In this document: positions 10,055-19,549 of the stretch, piece after piece | Layout: every line of letters begins with the position of its first letter | Numbering within the stretch: the first letter of the stretch is position 1 | NCBI GenBank assembly: GCA_036507075.1 | Contig: DASXQR010000179.1 | Span: forward strand, 1 to 57,018 | Source of the DNA: Acidobacteriota bacterium | Lineage (GTDB): Bacteria > Acidobacteriota > UBA6911 > JACQSX01 | Direction: 5' to 3' | DNA: 57,018 nt | Notes under the pieces: generated by a model | What the model was told of the DNA's origin: nothing | The model's database searches: none | What the model saw: only the letters and a program-made list of their open reading frames with translations | Translations under genes and position numbers: made by a program

Positions 10055-10166
10055 GAGTTACGGGTTCGCGGGTTCCGCGGAGAGACGGCCTGAGGGCCGT
10101 CTCAGGGAATTCTACATTCTGTGAGTAGAGACGGCCCTCAGGCCGTCTCTCCGCCCCGTAACCCCG
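10055..10166. repeat. REP-like doublet (GAGACGGCC-loop-GGCCGTCTC, inverted pair) flanked by short GGGTT/AACCC arms, between convergent genes
   Basis: 10077-10103 and 10125-10153 are reverse complements; one copy carries GTAG; relative at 54528-54618. Confidence 0.8.
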
Positions 10167-10173
10167 CAAATCG

Positions 10174-11106
10174 TCACTTCCAGCGAAAGTTCACACCCCC
10201 GATGCCGCTCTTGACGTCGAAACGCAGGCGGTAAGTGGTGGTGTCATAGTTATTGCTCCGGTAGGTGTTCGACTGGGTCTTCTGGAAATCGTGGAGGCTC
10301 AGTTCGGAAAGAAAATTCTTGGGAGCATAAACTTCCGCTCCCACACCTGAAGGCAATACCACGTTCACCTCGCCGATTCCCACTTTGATGTCGACCTCAG
10401 CGCTTCGTTTCCAATTGCCGGTCAGGTCGAGAGTGGCCTCCCCCACGCCACCCTGGAAATCGAGCGATTGAAAATTCAGGTTGCCCAGTCCCACGGCTTC
10501 AAACTTGCCGATGCCGCTCTGAAATTCGATGCGATGGCATTGCTCGGTGCCAGGCTCGGTCGCGGTCAGATCCACTTCGCCCACCCCCGCCTTTACGCGC
10601 AGCTCGCGGATCTTCAGCCGGCTCAGGTCAACTCTGTTCTCTCCCACACCCGTCTTGAGTATCAGCTCCAGCGGCACGTTGCGATTGAAGTGAAAATCGG
10701 CGTGGCTCTTGACCGTCCGGAAGGACTTCCGAAGGTGTCGCAGCTGGAATCTCATATCCATGGTGGAACCGAAAACATCCGCCTTAACCGTGGGCTCAAA
10801 GATGTAGTCGTTGTAGTCAACGTCGAGCTGATAGGCCCGCTTGTCGTTGGCGGGCAGAGAATCGACATTCAATTCGCCCACTGGAAATTCCACACTGGCT
10901 CTTAACTCTTTAGCTGCTTCCAGCTCCTTGGAGCTGCTGAAACTCTTAAAGGAAGCAGGTGCATCGCCCATCTCAAAGCCGCAGGCGCTCGCCAGCAGGC
11001 CCAGCACGCAAATCAGCGCTACTGCAGATTCAAGGGCGCGCGCCCCGGAGCCGCGGCCACTGAGATGGAACCATTTCGAACGGTTGGATAACCAGCTTGT
11101 GTTCAT
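10174..11106 (-). CDS. Putative lipoprotein with beta-strand repeats (toast-rack/LiaF-C/DUF2154-like)
   Basis: Lipobox-like 'LASAC'; repeated GVGE/GIGE motifs; last gene of the ECF operon; start may be downstream. Confidence 0.65.
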   Translation of the reverse strand: MNTSWLSNRSKWFHLSGRGSGARALESAVALICVLGLLASACGFEMGDAPASFKSFSSSKELEAAKELRASVEFPVGELNVDSLPANDKRAYQLDVDYNDYIFEPTVKADVFGSTMDMRFQLRHLRKSFRTVKSHADFHFNRNVPLELILKTGVGENRVDLSRLKIRELRVKAGVGEVDLTATEPGTEQCHRIEFQSGIGKFEAVGLGNLNFQSLDFQGGVGEATLDLTGNWKRSAEVDIKVGIGEVNVVLPSGVGAEVYAPKNFLSELSLHDFQKTQSNTYRSNNYDTTTYRLRFDVKSGIGGVNFRWK

Positions 11107-11144
11107 AACATTGTCTCAGAGAATTCCCTGAGCCTCGGGAAAAC

Positions 11145-11285
11145 AAAAAGCCGTCTACGTCCACGTGCACGTGACACGTCAACGTCCACGCCTACGCGGT
11201 GAGCTCTGTCAAACGTTACCGTCTATATCCTGACGTCTTCGTAGACGTGGACGTTGACGTGTCACGCGCACGTAGACGGCTTTTT
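11145..11285. repeat. AAAGCCG-bounded inverted repeat built of NNACGT hexamers
   Basis: Left arm 11145-11196 matches the reverse complement of 11240-11285 unit by unit, with one extra hexamer. Confidence 0.9.
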
Positions 11286-11324
11286 CTTCGCCAGCGGAGT
11301 CGCGTTGCGTATTCCGCATTTCGT

Positions 11325-13115
11325 TCATTCCATCTTCTCCAGATGAATGCTGCTGTGCACCGTCTGGAGTTTCACCTGTGGGCCGCCGCCATTGAGTTGT
11401 CCCTTGAGCGTCGAGTCGCTGCCCGATTCCGAAACGCTGAGCTTGTCGGACAGCTCGTTGTTGATGGAACCGGACTTGGACTGCAGGTCCAGCGTCGCCT
11501 TTGCGCTCTGGGCAAGCCGCAGCACGATATCGCCGTTCTCGTTGGTCACGTGAATCGCTCCCTGCAAGAGGGAATCGTTCGAAAGCCGCACGTTGGCGTT
11601 GCGGCTGGAAATATCCACCGGTCCTTTGAAAGAATTGATCTCCACGTCGCGCAGGGAGGTATGGATCTGAATCGGCCCTTCCACGTTGTCCAGGGTGACG
11701 TGAGCGCTTTCTCCGTTTACGGTAATGCCTTTGCGCAGGTTGGAAGCATTGACCGAGCCGTTTCGTGTTTCCACGATGATCTCAGCCTGGAGATCATGGA
11801 TGTTCACATCGCCAAACGAGCTGTCCAGCTTCACGGCTCCGGCCACTCCGTCCAGGCGGATCTCGCGATGGCTGCTGCGCACTTCGCATTTCCCTTTCAC
11901 GTTGCGCAGTTCGACCTTCGAATCCGGGGCTTCCACAAACACATCCTGATACAGGTCGGTGGCGTCAACGGAACCGTGCTCCATCTCAACCCGCACCTTT
12001 CCCCGGATGTTCTGCAGATGAGTGGCCTGATGTCTGCTGACGGCCTCCAGATTGCCCTGAATGTCGTTGGCGGTGAGCGTTCCGTGCTGCAGGTTTACTT
12101 TGACATCACCCTTGACGCGATCCACCGTAACCTGTTCGTGCCTGGATCGTATCTCAACGCCGCCTTCAATGTTCTCCACGCGCACCGGCCCGAAAGCGGC
12201 GCTGATGGTGCAGGCGGCGCCCAGATCGGTTACGTCGACGGCTCCGTAGGCACTGTCGATAATCACTTCCGTCTTTTCGGGCACGCGCACTTCCAGATTG
12301 GTCTTATAAGGGTTTTTCCGAGCATCCAGCTCCTGGCGATTGACTCGCAGGCTGAAAGGATTGGTGCCCTCGGTTACCAGTTGAACGCGGTCGGCAATCT
12401 CACGGGCGCGTTTCTGGTCCTCTTCGTAGACCACTTTCTCGAGTCTCACGGCGATCTCATTGCTCAGGCCGCGCGTGACGCGAACGCTGCCGAAGCGATT
12501 AAAAATGGAAATCTGCTTCGGTGTGACCGGAAAACGCTTTTCGTCGGAAAATGAAACCGACGGGCCTTCCAGCATCTTTGTCCAGTCAATGCCGGTCAAA
12601 CCGGTCAGGTCGTCGGGGATGTTGAACATGGGGAACCAATGGACACGCGCGATTACCGTCCCTAGAATCACAATCAGGAGCACACCGAAGAATTCCCGGG
12701 ACCGGAACTGAGCGCGTCCTCCGAGCCGGTAAAAATCCCATACTTTCGCCAGACCGACGGCGACCAGCAGCAACGGCCAGAAATTACCCACAAACTGCCA
12801 GCCGTTGTGCCAGCGCGTCATGTGTGCAAAGGCCGCGATGCTCAGGAAAATCAGGAGACTTCCGGCCACCAGTCCCCCGCGGCGGCGAGTCCCCTGAATC
12901 GCTTCTTCGCGGGTGTACGCGAAGTAACGCGCCAGTTGATATCCGCCCATGGCGACCATCCACACCACCAGGATCAGCCTCCAAGGTCCAATCCACACCG
13001 GCCATCGAAAATTGGCGGCGAAAAAAGCCAGCAGCCCGATGACGATCAGGGTAACGCCGACCACCAGGGTGGCGCTGGTTCGCCTGGGTTCCACAGGAGT
13101 AGCGGTTTCGTTCAT
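11325..13115 (-). CDS. Membrane protein with DUF5668/LiaF-like TM region and DUF4097 beta-strand-repeat domain
   Basis: N-terminal TMs with 'FWPLLLVAVG'; repeated 'G.V.V..V.G.V' beta-solenoid; ends 'LNGGGPQVKLQTVHSSIHL'. Confidence 0.8.
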   Translation of the reverse strand: MNETATPVEPRRTSATLVVGVTLIVIGLLAFFAANFRWPVWIGPWRLILVVWMVAMGGYQLARYFAYTREEAIQGTRRRGGLVAGSLLIFLSIAAFAHMTRWHNGWQFVGNFWPLLLVAVGLAKVWDFYRLGGRAQFRSREFFGVLLIVILGTVIARVHWFPMFNIPDDLTGLTGIDWTKMLEGPSVSFSDEKRFPVTPKQISIFNRFGSVRVTRGLSNEIAVRLEKVVYEEDQKRAREIADRVQLVTEGTNPFSLRVNRQELDARKNPYKTNLEVRVPEKTEVIIDSAYGAVDVTDLGAACTISAAFGPVRVENIEGGVEIRSRHEQVTVDRVKGDVKVNLQHGTLTANDIQGNLEAVSRHQATHLQNIRGKVRVEMEHGSVDATDLYQDVFVEAPDSKVELRNVKGKCEVRSSHREIRLDGVAGAVKLDSSFGDVNIHDLQAEIIVETRNGSVNASNLRKGITVNGESAHVTLDNVEGPIQIHTSLRDVEINSFKGPVDISSRNANVRLSNDSLLQGAIHVTNENGDIVLRLAQSAKATLDLQSKSGSINNELSDKLSVSESGSDSTLKGQLNGGGPQVKLQTVHSSIHLEKME

Positions 13116-13118
13116 GAA

Positions 13119-13769
13119 TCAAAGCTCCTTTGATCCCTGCACAGATGCGCGCGCGGCGGGCCTGATTGATTGAGTGGATGACGGCTTTGCGCTTCGATAA
13201 TGGTCGTACAAGAGGTACAGTCCCAATCCGACGAAAATCAACGGCCAGAAGCGGCGTACAAAATCGAACCGGATCAACATCAGGTTGTTGAGGAAGAACA
13301 GCACTCCCATCAGAATAAGGGCTGCACCCCAGAGCGGCGTATTGAGGGCTTTGTCGCTTTCATGCACGGCCGGCTCGATCAGTTCTTTTCGCAGCAGATC
13401 CTGAGCGCTGCGGTAAGCGTCCATGATGCTGAATATCCAGAACGAAAACAGGGCAAATCCGAACACGCCCACTTCGTCGGCGAGCATGGCGAGCAGCGCA
13501 AAAGTGGCAAAGTGCGCCAGCGCTTTGTTGTACTGCCGGTTATAGACGGCTCCCATGCCCGGGATGACGGCGATCAGCGCGGCGCGCTTGGGATTTACCA
13601 GTTGCGGGCCCGACATGACGGCGATCCGGGCCAGTTCCGCACCCTGTACCAGGCAGTCCTGGCAAAACACTCTGCCCTTGATCATGTTCGCGCACGCGGC
13701 GCACAGCAAACGGTTACAGGTGCTGCAACTCTGCGTCGATTCTTCGGTCGGATGATAAAAACATTTCAT
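13119..13769 (-). CDS. B-box zinc finger plus TM/DUF5668 membrane protein
   Basis: 'C.YHP.....C..C...LC..C.......FCQDC'; 'IPGMGAVYN'; C-terminal 'FWPLIFVGLG'. Confidence 0.8.
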   Translation of the reverse strand: MKCFYHPTEESTQSCSTCNRLLCAACANMIKGRVFCQDCLVQGAELARIAVMSGPQLVNPKRAALIAVIPGMGAVYNRQYNKALAHFATFALLAMLADEVGVFGFALFSFWIFSIMDAYRSAQDLLRKELIEPAVHESDKALNTPLWGAALILMGVLFFLNNLMLIRFDFVRRFWPLIFVGLGLYLLYDHYRSAKPSSTQSIRPAARASVQGSKEL

Positions 13770-14551
13770 AAAGTTTCTCTGGTTTCTCCTTGATTTGATT
13801 TGGCGCGCGCGGATCTTCCGGCGTGTTTCTGGAATGTCCGGCGCGCGGTCGCGGCGCTTGCGGCGCCGGCTTCAGCCTTGGCCAGCAGAACAGGCAGATG
13901 TGACTTCTGGTCGGACTTGCGCGGTTCCTTTTTTGGCTCGGTCTTTTGCGGTTGTGGGTTTCCGCCCTTCTGCTTCTTTATGCCCTGTTGAACGCCTTCG
14001 TCATAGCTGCGGAACAAGGCCGAGATGATTTGAGAGTCGATGCGGCTGGACAGGTCGGTTCCCCACATGTACAGCTCGGCGCGCACTTCCTTGGTCCACT
14101 GATTGAAGCGCAGCACGCGGCGATAAGTGCGGTAGACCAAATTGTCGGCCTGCCGATACACGGCCGAGGGCGAGAGCGTGGAGAACGTGGCGCTGGAAAA
14201 GCCCGGGCCCAGCAGGCTGACGGTCATTGAAAGAAAAACAAAAACGATGGCGGTGGCCGCTGCAAAGCGCTGTGTCAGGAACGGACGGAAAGTAGGCACC
14301 ACGATGGCCTGCCAGAATGACCTGTGCCTGGGGGTACCGGAGGTCTTTTCCAGAATGCGCTGCACCAGGTGCTGCGGCGGATCGACCTCCGGAAAACTGC
14401 GCAAATCATCGAGCACGCCGCTCACCTGGCTGTACAGCATGCGGCACGCGCTGCAACCGCTCTGGTGCTTGTGCATTTCAGCGGCAATGCGGCGATCCAC
14501 CGACTCTTCGATGTATTCGCTCAAAAAATATTCAAAATCTGCGCATTCCAT
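13766..14551 (-). CDS. Zinc-binding (zf-HC2) transmembrane anti-sigma factor
   Basis: C...LSEYIE...HQSGCSAC (HxxxCxxC) plus a TM helix; directly downstream of an ECF sigma. Confidence 0.85.
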   Translation of the reverse strand: MECADFEYFLSEYIEESVDRRIAAEMHKHQSGCSACRMLYSQVSGVLDDLRSFPEVDPPQHLVQRILEKTSGTPRHRSFWQAIVVPTFRPFLTQRFAAATAIVFVFLSMTVSLLGPGFSSATFSTLSPSAVYRQADNLVYRTYRRVLRFNQWTKEVRAELYMWGTDLSSRIDSQIISALFRSYDEGVQQGIKKQKGGNPQPQKTEPKKEPRKSDQKSHLPVLLAKAEAGAASAATARRTFQKHAGRSARAKSNQGETRETL

Positions 14552-14556
14552 GATGT

Positions 14557-15150
14557 TTACGTAGTCGTTTCGGCGCTTTCGCCAAAACCGAGTTCCTGGC
14601 GTCGCCGGTGCAGCGTGCGCGATAGCTCAATCCGTCCCCGATTGATGCGCGACTTGACTGTTCCTTCCGGTATCTGCAAAAGCTCTGCGATTTCCTGGTA
14701 GCTCATCTCTTCAAGATCCCTGAGGATTACCGCCTGCTTCAGATCCGCAGGCAGGAGGTCAAGGGCCTGTGTCAAAAACTCAACCGTTTCCCGGTGATAA
14801 ATGTTGTCGGGTACGCTGGACTTCTTTTCATCGGCAAAATCAATCACTTCCAACTCCTCGCTGCCCGCCACGTTCTTTTCGCGATAAGTCTGGCGGTAAC
14901 GGTCGATGATGAGATTTCTTCCCACCCGCATGATCCAGCTCTGCAGAGAGCCGCTTTCGGAGCGGAAGCTGTCAAGATTCTGGTAGACTTTCAAGAAAAC
15001 ATCCTGTGTCAGTTCTTCAGCCACGTCAAAACGTCTCGTGAACCGGTAAGCCAGATTGTAAATCCTCTTGTTGTAGGTTTGCACCAGAGTCTCCCAGGCT
15101 TCCGGATCCCCGCTTGCGCAGCGTTGCGCAAGTTTCTGCTCGGTTTCCAC
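14557..15150 (-). CDS. ECF RNA polymerase sigma factor (SigE/SigW-like)
   Basis: 'AEELTQDVFLKVY', 'SWIMRVGRN', 'MSYQEIAELLQIPEGTVKSRINRGR'; GTG start. Confidence 0.95.
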   Translation of the reverse strand: METEQKLAQRCASGDPEAWETLVQTYNKRIYNLAYRFTRRFDVAEELTQDVFLKVYQNLDSFRSESGSLQSWIMRVGRNLIIDRYRQTYREKNVAGSEELEVIDFADEKKSSVPDNIYHRETVEFLTQALDLLPADLKQAVILRDLEEMSYQEIAELLQIPEGTVKSRINRGRIELSRTLHRRRQELGFGESAETTT

Positions 15151-15183
15151 CTGTGCTCTTCCTTCCTGCTCCGGTCAAAAAGG

Positions 15184-15211
15184 CTAACGAATTCGGTAGT
15201 CCAAAAGTTCA
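15184..15211 (-). promoter_or_regulatory. Putative ECF autoregulatory promoter (TGAAC-N17-CGTTAG)
   Basis: Minus strand reads TGAACTTTTGGACTACCGAATTCGTTAG about 35 nt upstream of the sigma GTG; fits the AAC...CGT ECF pattern. Confidence 0.55.
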
Positions 15212-15329
15212 AGGAATTTAGCCGCGGGACGCCCAAGATTACCGCGAAAGCGCGAAGAGCGCGAATGATGAAAGGAATCTTATGGCTCAGAAAGGCTTAA
15301 CCGCTTCCGCGCTTGATACTTTCGTCGAT

Positions 15330-15528
15330 TCGGGATTATTCATAAACTGCAGGAACTAGCCGCCGATTTACGCGGACAACGCTGATGGTATCGGGGTCGA
15401 GGGATGGGCGTCGATGCGCGGCGAAGTTAACACACAGCGGTTATGGAGCCCATCCCTCGACCCCGATACTAATCCGTGTTGTCCGCGTAGATCAGCGGCC
15501 AATTCTTGCAGTTTATACATAATCCGGG
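15330..15528. mobile_element. 199-bp palindromic MITE, copy 1
   Basis: Termini (C)CGGATTATTCATAAACTGCA / TGCAGTTTATACATAATCCGGG; internal inverted repeat GTATCGGGGTCGAGGGATGGGC; highly similar reverse-oriented copy at 56761-56959; no credible ORF. Confidence 0.85.
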
Positions 15529-15594
15529 CTAAATCGCGGGTTTCGCGGGCTCCGCGCCCTGGCGGGTCAATCAAAGCTGGGCTGGGAGACCCCG

Positions 15595-15624
15595 TTGACG
15601 GGGCGCGCGGCAAGGGATGATAAT
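15595..15624 (+). promoter_or_regulatory. Possible sigma70 promoter of nrdR (TTGACG-N18-GATAAT)
   Basis: Visual match to the consensus about 45 nt upstream of the nrdR GTG. Confidence 0.4.
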
Positions 15625-15670
15625 AACGGATCTGCTATACCTATGAAATCAAAAAACTTAGAGGTCCACT

Positions 15671-16123
15671 GTGAAGTGTCCGTATTGTGAGCACCTTGAA
15701 GACCGCGTCGTGGACTCGCGGGAAGGCAAGGAAGGCGATGTAATCCGCCGCCGCCGGCAGTGCCTGCGATGCGGCCGCCGCTTCACCAGCTACGAGAGGA
15801 TCGATGAGATCCCATATATGGTGGTGAAGAAAGACGGCCGGCGCGAACGCTTCGAGCGGAATAAGGTAATGGCCGGTTTGCTGCGGGCATGTGAGAAGCG
15901 TCCGGTCAGCACCGGCCAGCTCGAACAGATCGTGGATGAAATCGAACAACAGGTTCAGGACCAGCCGGATCGCGAAATCAGCTCCGAAGAGGTGGGCAAG
16001 GCAGTAATGCGCCACCTCCGCCAGCTCGATAAAGTTGCCTACGTACGCTTTGCATCGGTATATCTGGAATTCAAAGACGTCACCGAGTTCATGACCGAAA
16101 TCAATCATCTTTTTAAAAAGTAA
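15671..16123 (+). CDS. nrdR: Transcriptional repressor NrdR
   Basis: MKCPYC..DRVVDSR, RRRRQC..CGRRFTSYE, ATP-cone, VAYVRFASVY. Confidence 0.97.
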   Translation: MKCPYCEHLEDRVVDSREGKEGDVIRRRRQCLRCGRRFTSYERIDEIPYMVVKKDGRRERFERNKVMAGLLRACEKRPVSTGQLEQIVDEIEQQVQDQPDREISSEEVGKAVMRHLRQLDKVAYVRFASVYLEFKDVTEFMTEINHLFKK

Positions 16124-16275
16124 GTCGAAAGGCGAAGGTCGAAAGTCGAAAGTCGAAAGTCATACGTCGAGATGCGACTACGGACTTGGCGCGACATCGG
16201 GCGTTCGACTTTAGACTTTGGACTTTGAACTTTCGACCTTCGACTTTTGACTTTCGACCTTCGACTTTCAACTTT
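16124..16275. repeat. Inverted pair of 7-mer arrays (GTCGAAA)n ... (TTTCGAC)n
   Basis: Left arm 16124-16161 begins immediately after the nrdR stop; right arm 16205-16275. Confidence 0.9.
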
Positions 16276-16327
16276 TAGCCCGAATTAATCGACTATGGTA
16301 ATTTGTGTTTGAGACAGGGTGACGACG

Positions 16328-16747
16328 ATGTCCGAAGAACGAAGACGCTCAAGAGCTACCTACATTCCCCTTCCCATGGCAACGCTCGAGGACCTGGCGT
16401 TCGGACAGTCATGGAGTCCGTACATAAACCTGGCCGAAAGCGGCGATTCGCTGATCATCGTGGCCGAGCTTCCCGGCGTCGCATCGCAGGACATATCGCT
16501 GGAAGTGAAATTCAACGTGCTGGTGCTCCGAGGGTACAAGTCCGATAGCGAGCGCTCGGAAGCGCGAAGGTATTACTGTATGGAAAGGTGCCACGGAAGT
16601 TTTTACCGCGAAATTGCTCTTCCCTGGGTGGTTGATTTCGACAGCGCTAAAGCGGTGCTCCACGACGGCCTGCTGCGGATCACTCTGGAGCGGATGGAAG
16701 ATCGGAGAGGTAAACTGTATCGAATTCCAATTCAGAAAAAGACCTGA
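16328..16747 (+). CDS. Hsp20/alpha-crystallin small heat-shock protein
   Basis: 'AELPGV', 'LVLRG', 'ERCHGSFYREIALP', 'AVLHDGLLRITL'. Confidence 0.9.
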   Translation: MSEERRRSRATYIPLPMATLEDLAFGQSWSPYINLAESGDSLIIVAELPGVASQDISLEVKFNVLVLRGYKSDSERSEARRYYCMERCHGSFYREIALPWVVDFDSAKAVLHDGLLRITLERMEDRRGKLYRIPIQKKT

Positions 16748-16770
16748 CCCATTTAATTGGACCGTCGATC

Positions 16771-19164
16771 ATGTCTGTTCAACCTGAAGAACTGCCAGTA
16801 CAGAACGAATCTCAAGCCCCGCTGCCCACTCAACTGCCGGTGGTCCCGCTAACGGACATCGTAATGTTCCCTTACATGGTTGCGCCGCTGCTTGTCACTT
16901 CGCAGCGTTCCGCTAAGGCAGTCGACCAGGCGCTTTCCGACAAGAGAATGGTATTGCTGGTTGCCCGGCGCCCCCCCGGCGATGCGGGATCGGAAGCCGA
17001 GTCGCTCCATTCCATAGGAACCATTGCCGTAATCCTGCGAATGTTGAAGCTTCCAGACGAACAGTTGCGAGTGCTGGTGCAGGGACTGGCGCGCGCCCGC
17101 ATTGTCCGTCTCATCGAGGGCAAACCCTTTTTGATAGCCGATGTTGAACCGATCGAGGACCCCAAGGTCGAGATAACCATGGAAGTGGAAGCGACCATGC
17201 GCAGCGTCCGCGATTCCCTGGCCCTCGCTTCTTCCATCGGCCAGAAGATCCCCGCCGAAATTCTGCTGGTTGCAAACAACGTTGAAGAGCCGGGCCGGCT
17301 GGCCGATCTGACCGCCGCAAACCTGGAGCTGAAGCCTGAAGATGCGCAACAGGTGCTCGAAATGCTTCCGCCGCTGGAGCGCCTGAATCGCGTCAACGAT
17401 CTACTGACCAGGGAAGTGGAACTGCTCAAAATGCAGCAGAAGATCACCGAACATGCCAAGGATGAAATCGATCGCACGCAAAAGGAATATTTCCTGCGGC
17501 AGCAGTTGAAGGCGATCAGGGATGAGTTGGGTGAAACAGGCGAGATGGCCGCTGAGATTTCCGACCTTCGCGCCCAGGCCGAAAAAGCCAATCTTCCCGA
17601 GGAAGCCAAAGAGGAAGTGGAACGGCAGATTTCCAGACTGGAGAAAATGCATCCTGATTCGGCGGAAACCGGGCTGGCGCGGTCCTACATTGACTGGATG
17701 CTGTCAATTCCCTGGTCCGTGTCGACAAAAGACCAGTTGGATTTGACCGAAGCGCAGCGGATTCTGGATGAGGACCATTTCGATCTGGAGAAGGTTAAGA
17801 CCCGGATCGTTGAGTATCTTGCCGTGCTGAAGCTGACCCGCAACATGCGCGGCCCGATACTCTGCTTTGTAGGTCCTCCGGGAGTGGGAAAGACATCCTT
17901 GGGTAAATCCATCGCGCGGGCGCTGGGCCGGAAATTTGTGAGGATCTCGCTGGGCGGCGTTCACGACGAGGCCGAGATTCGAGGTCACCGGCGCACCTAC
18001 ATCGGGGCCATGCCGGGCCGCATCATTCAGGGCCTTCGCACTGCCGGGAGCAACAATCCCGTGTTCATGCTGGACGAGGTGGACAAGATCGGCGCCGATT
18101 TCCGTGGTGATCCGTCATCGGCGCTCCTTGAAGTGCTGGATCCGGAGCAGAACAATTCTTTCCGCGACAATTACCTGGGAGTGCCGTTTGATCTGAGCCG
18201 CGTGCTCTTCATCACCACAGCCAACGTGCGAGACCCCATCCAGCCGGCGCTGCGGGATCGCATGGAAACGATTCGCATCACCGGTTACACAGAGAACGAA
18301 AAGCTTCAGATCGCGCGGCGCTATCTGATACCCAAACAGATCGCCGCGCACGGCATCACTGAACAGGACATCGATTTCCAGGATGAAGCGCTGCTGACAA
18401 TAATCAACCGCTACACGCGCGAAGCGGGGCTGCGGAACCTGGAGCGCGAGCTGGCAACGATCTGCCGCAAAGTGGCCAGGCGCCGCGCCGAAGGCGAGAC
18501 TGCTCGGGCCGTCATCACCGCCGAATCCATCCGCGGATACCTCGGGGCCGAGCACGTACTTCCCGAAGAATTGCTCCAGGAAGACAAAATCGGCGTGGCC
18601 GTGGGCCTGGCCTGGACGCCTTCGGGAGGCGACATCCTGTTTGTGGAAGCGATCGCCATGAAAGGGCACGGTGAGCTGAATTTAACCGGACAGTTGGGCG
18701 ACGTGATGAAGGAATCGGCCAAAGCCGCCATGAGCTACGCCCGCGCGCATACGGACCACTTCGGCATCGACGAGGATTTTTTTAACAAACACGACATTCA
18801 CATCCACATCCCCGCGGGCGCGATTCCTAAAGATGGTCCTTCGGCGGGCGTGACGCTGGCAACTGCTTTGATTTCGGTTTGTTCGCGCAGGCCGGTGCGG
18901 CGCGATATCGCCATGACCGGAGAAATCACACTGCGCGGCCGGGTGGCGCCCGTCGGAGGGATTCGCGAAAAAGTGCTGGCGGCCCGGCAGGCGAAAATCA
19001 ACGAGGTGATCCTGCCCGAAGGAAACCGGCAGGATCTTGAGGAGATTCGACCCGAACTTCTCAAAGACATGCGATTCCGCTTCGTCTCTGAAATCGATCA
19101 GGTAATCGATATTGCCCTGCGCAAAAAGGGAGACGCAGAGATTAAGGATCTGCCGGCGTCATGA
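16771..19164 (+). CDS. lon: ATP-dependent Lon protease
   Basis: Lon N-domain, [30 protein letters not shown] catalytic Ser, [10 protein letters not shown]. Confidence 0.97.
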   Translation: MSVQPEELPVQNESQAPLPTQLPVVPLTDIVMFPYMVAPLLVTSQRSAKAVDQALSDKRMVLLVARRPPGDAGSEAESLHSIGTIAVILRMLKLPDEQLRVLVQGLARARIVRLIEGKPFLIADVEPIEDPKVEITMEVEATMRSVRDSLALASSIGQKIPAEILLVANNVEEPGRLADLTAANLELKPEDAQQVLEMLPPLERLNRVNDLLTREVELLKMQQKITEHAKDEIDRTQKEYFLRQQLKAIRDELGETGEMAAEISDLRAQAEKANLPEEAKEEVERQISRLEKMHPDSAETGLARSYIDWMLSIPWSVSTKDQLDLTEAQRILDEDHFDLEKVKTRIVEYLAVLKLTRNMRGPILCFVGPPGVGKTSLGKSIARALGRKFVRISLGGVHDEAEIRGHRRTYIGAMPGRIIQGLRTAGSNNPVFMLDEVDKIGADFRGDPSSALLEVLDPEQNNSFRDNYLGVPFDLSRVLFITTANVRDPIQPALRDRMETIRITGYTENEKLQIARRYLIPKQIAAHGITEQDIDFQDEALLTIINRYTREAGLRNLERELATICRKVARRRAEGETARAVITAESIRGYLGAEHVLPEELLQEDKIGVAVGLAWTPSGGDILFVEAIAMKGHGELNLTGQLGDVMKESAKAAMSYARAHTDHFGIDEDFFNKHDIHIHIPAGAIPKDGPSAGVTLATALISVCSRRPVRRDIAMTGEITLRGRVAPVGGIREKVLAARQAKINEVILPEGNRQDLEEIRPELLKDMRFRFVSEIDQVIDIALRKKGDAEIKDLPAS

Positions 19165-19201
19165 CCGCGTCGAAATCCGCATAAATCAACCGCTTCTTGT
19201 T

Positions 19202-19500
19202 TTTTGCCAAAGTTTTTCAAAGCCGCCCACATTCACGAGCACGTGCACGTCAACGTCCACGTCTCACGTCCACGACCACGTCTACAATTACGTCTACAAT
19301 CTGGACCGGTCCGGCTGCAGGGAATTGGCACCGATCATTTTTTCGTGATCGTGGACCTGGGACGTGGGCGTCGGCGTGCTCGTAAATGCAGGACGTGGAG
19401 GTTGTCGTGATCGTGCTCGTAGACGTTAGACGTAGTGGTACACGTGGTCGTGGGCAGTTTCTTGGTTGCGGCCTACGGCCGGGCTCTGTCTCTGTGGTGG
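19202..19500. repeat. Expanded AAAGCCG/NNACGT hexamer inverted element with GGTTGCGGCCTACGG tail
   Basis: Shares 5' flank CAAAGTTTTTCAAAGCCG, first units and 3' tail with 48605-48707 but has many more internal hexamers. Confidence 0.85.
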
Positions 19501-19549
19501 ATTTTTTCACAGGTCGCGACATCGCCCAATCGTGGCAAACTATCTGCAG

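Noticed and set aside
15368..15620. Short ORFs across the MITE
   Set aside because: No transposase motifs; they arise from the palindromic non-coding element
16275..16301. CIRCE-like spacing TTAGCCCGA-N9-CTATGGTAA upstream of hsp20-lon
   Set aside because: Too many mismatches to TTAGCACTC-N9-GAGTGCTAA and the halves are poorly complementary
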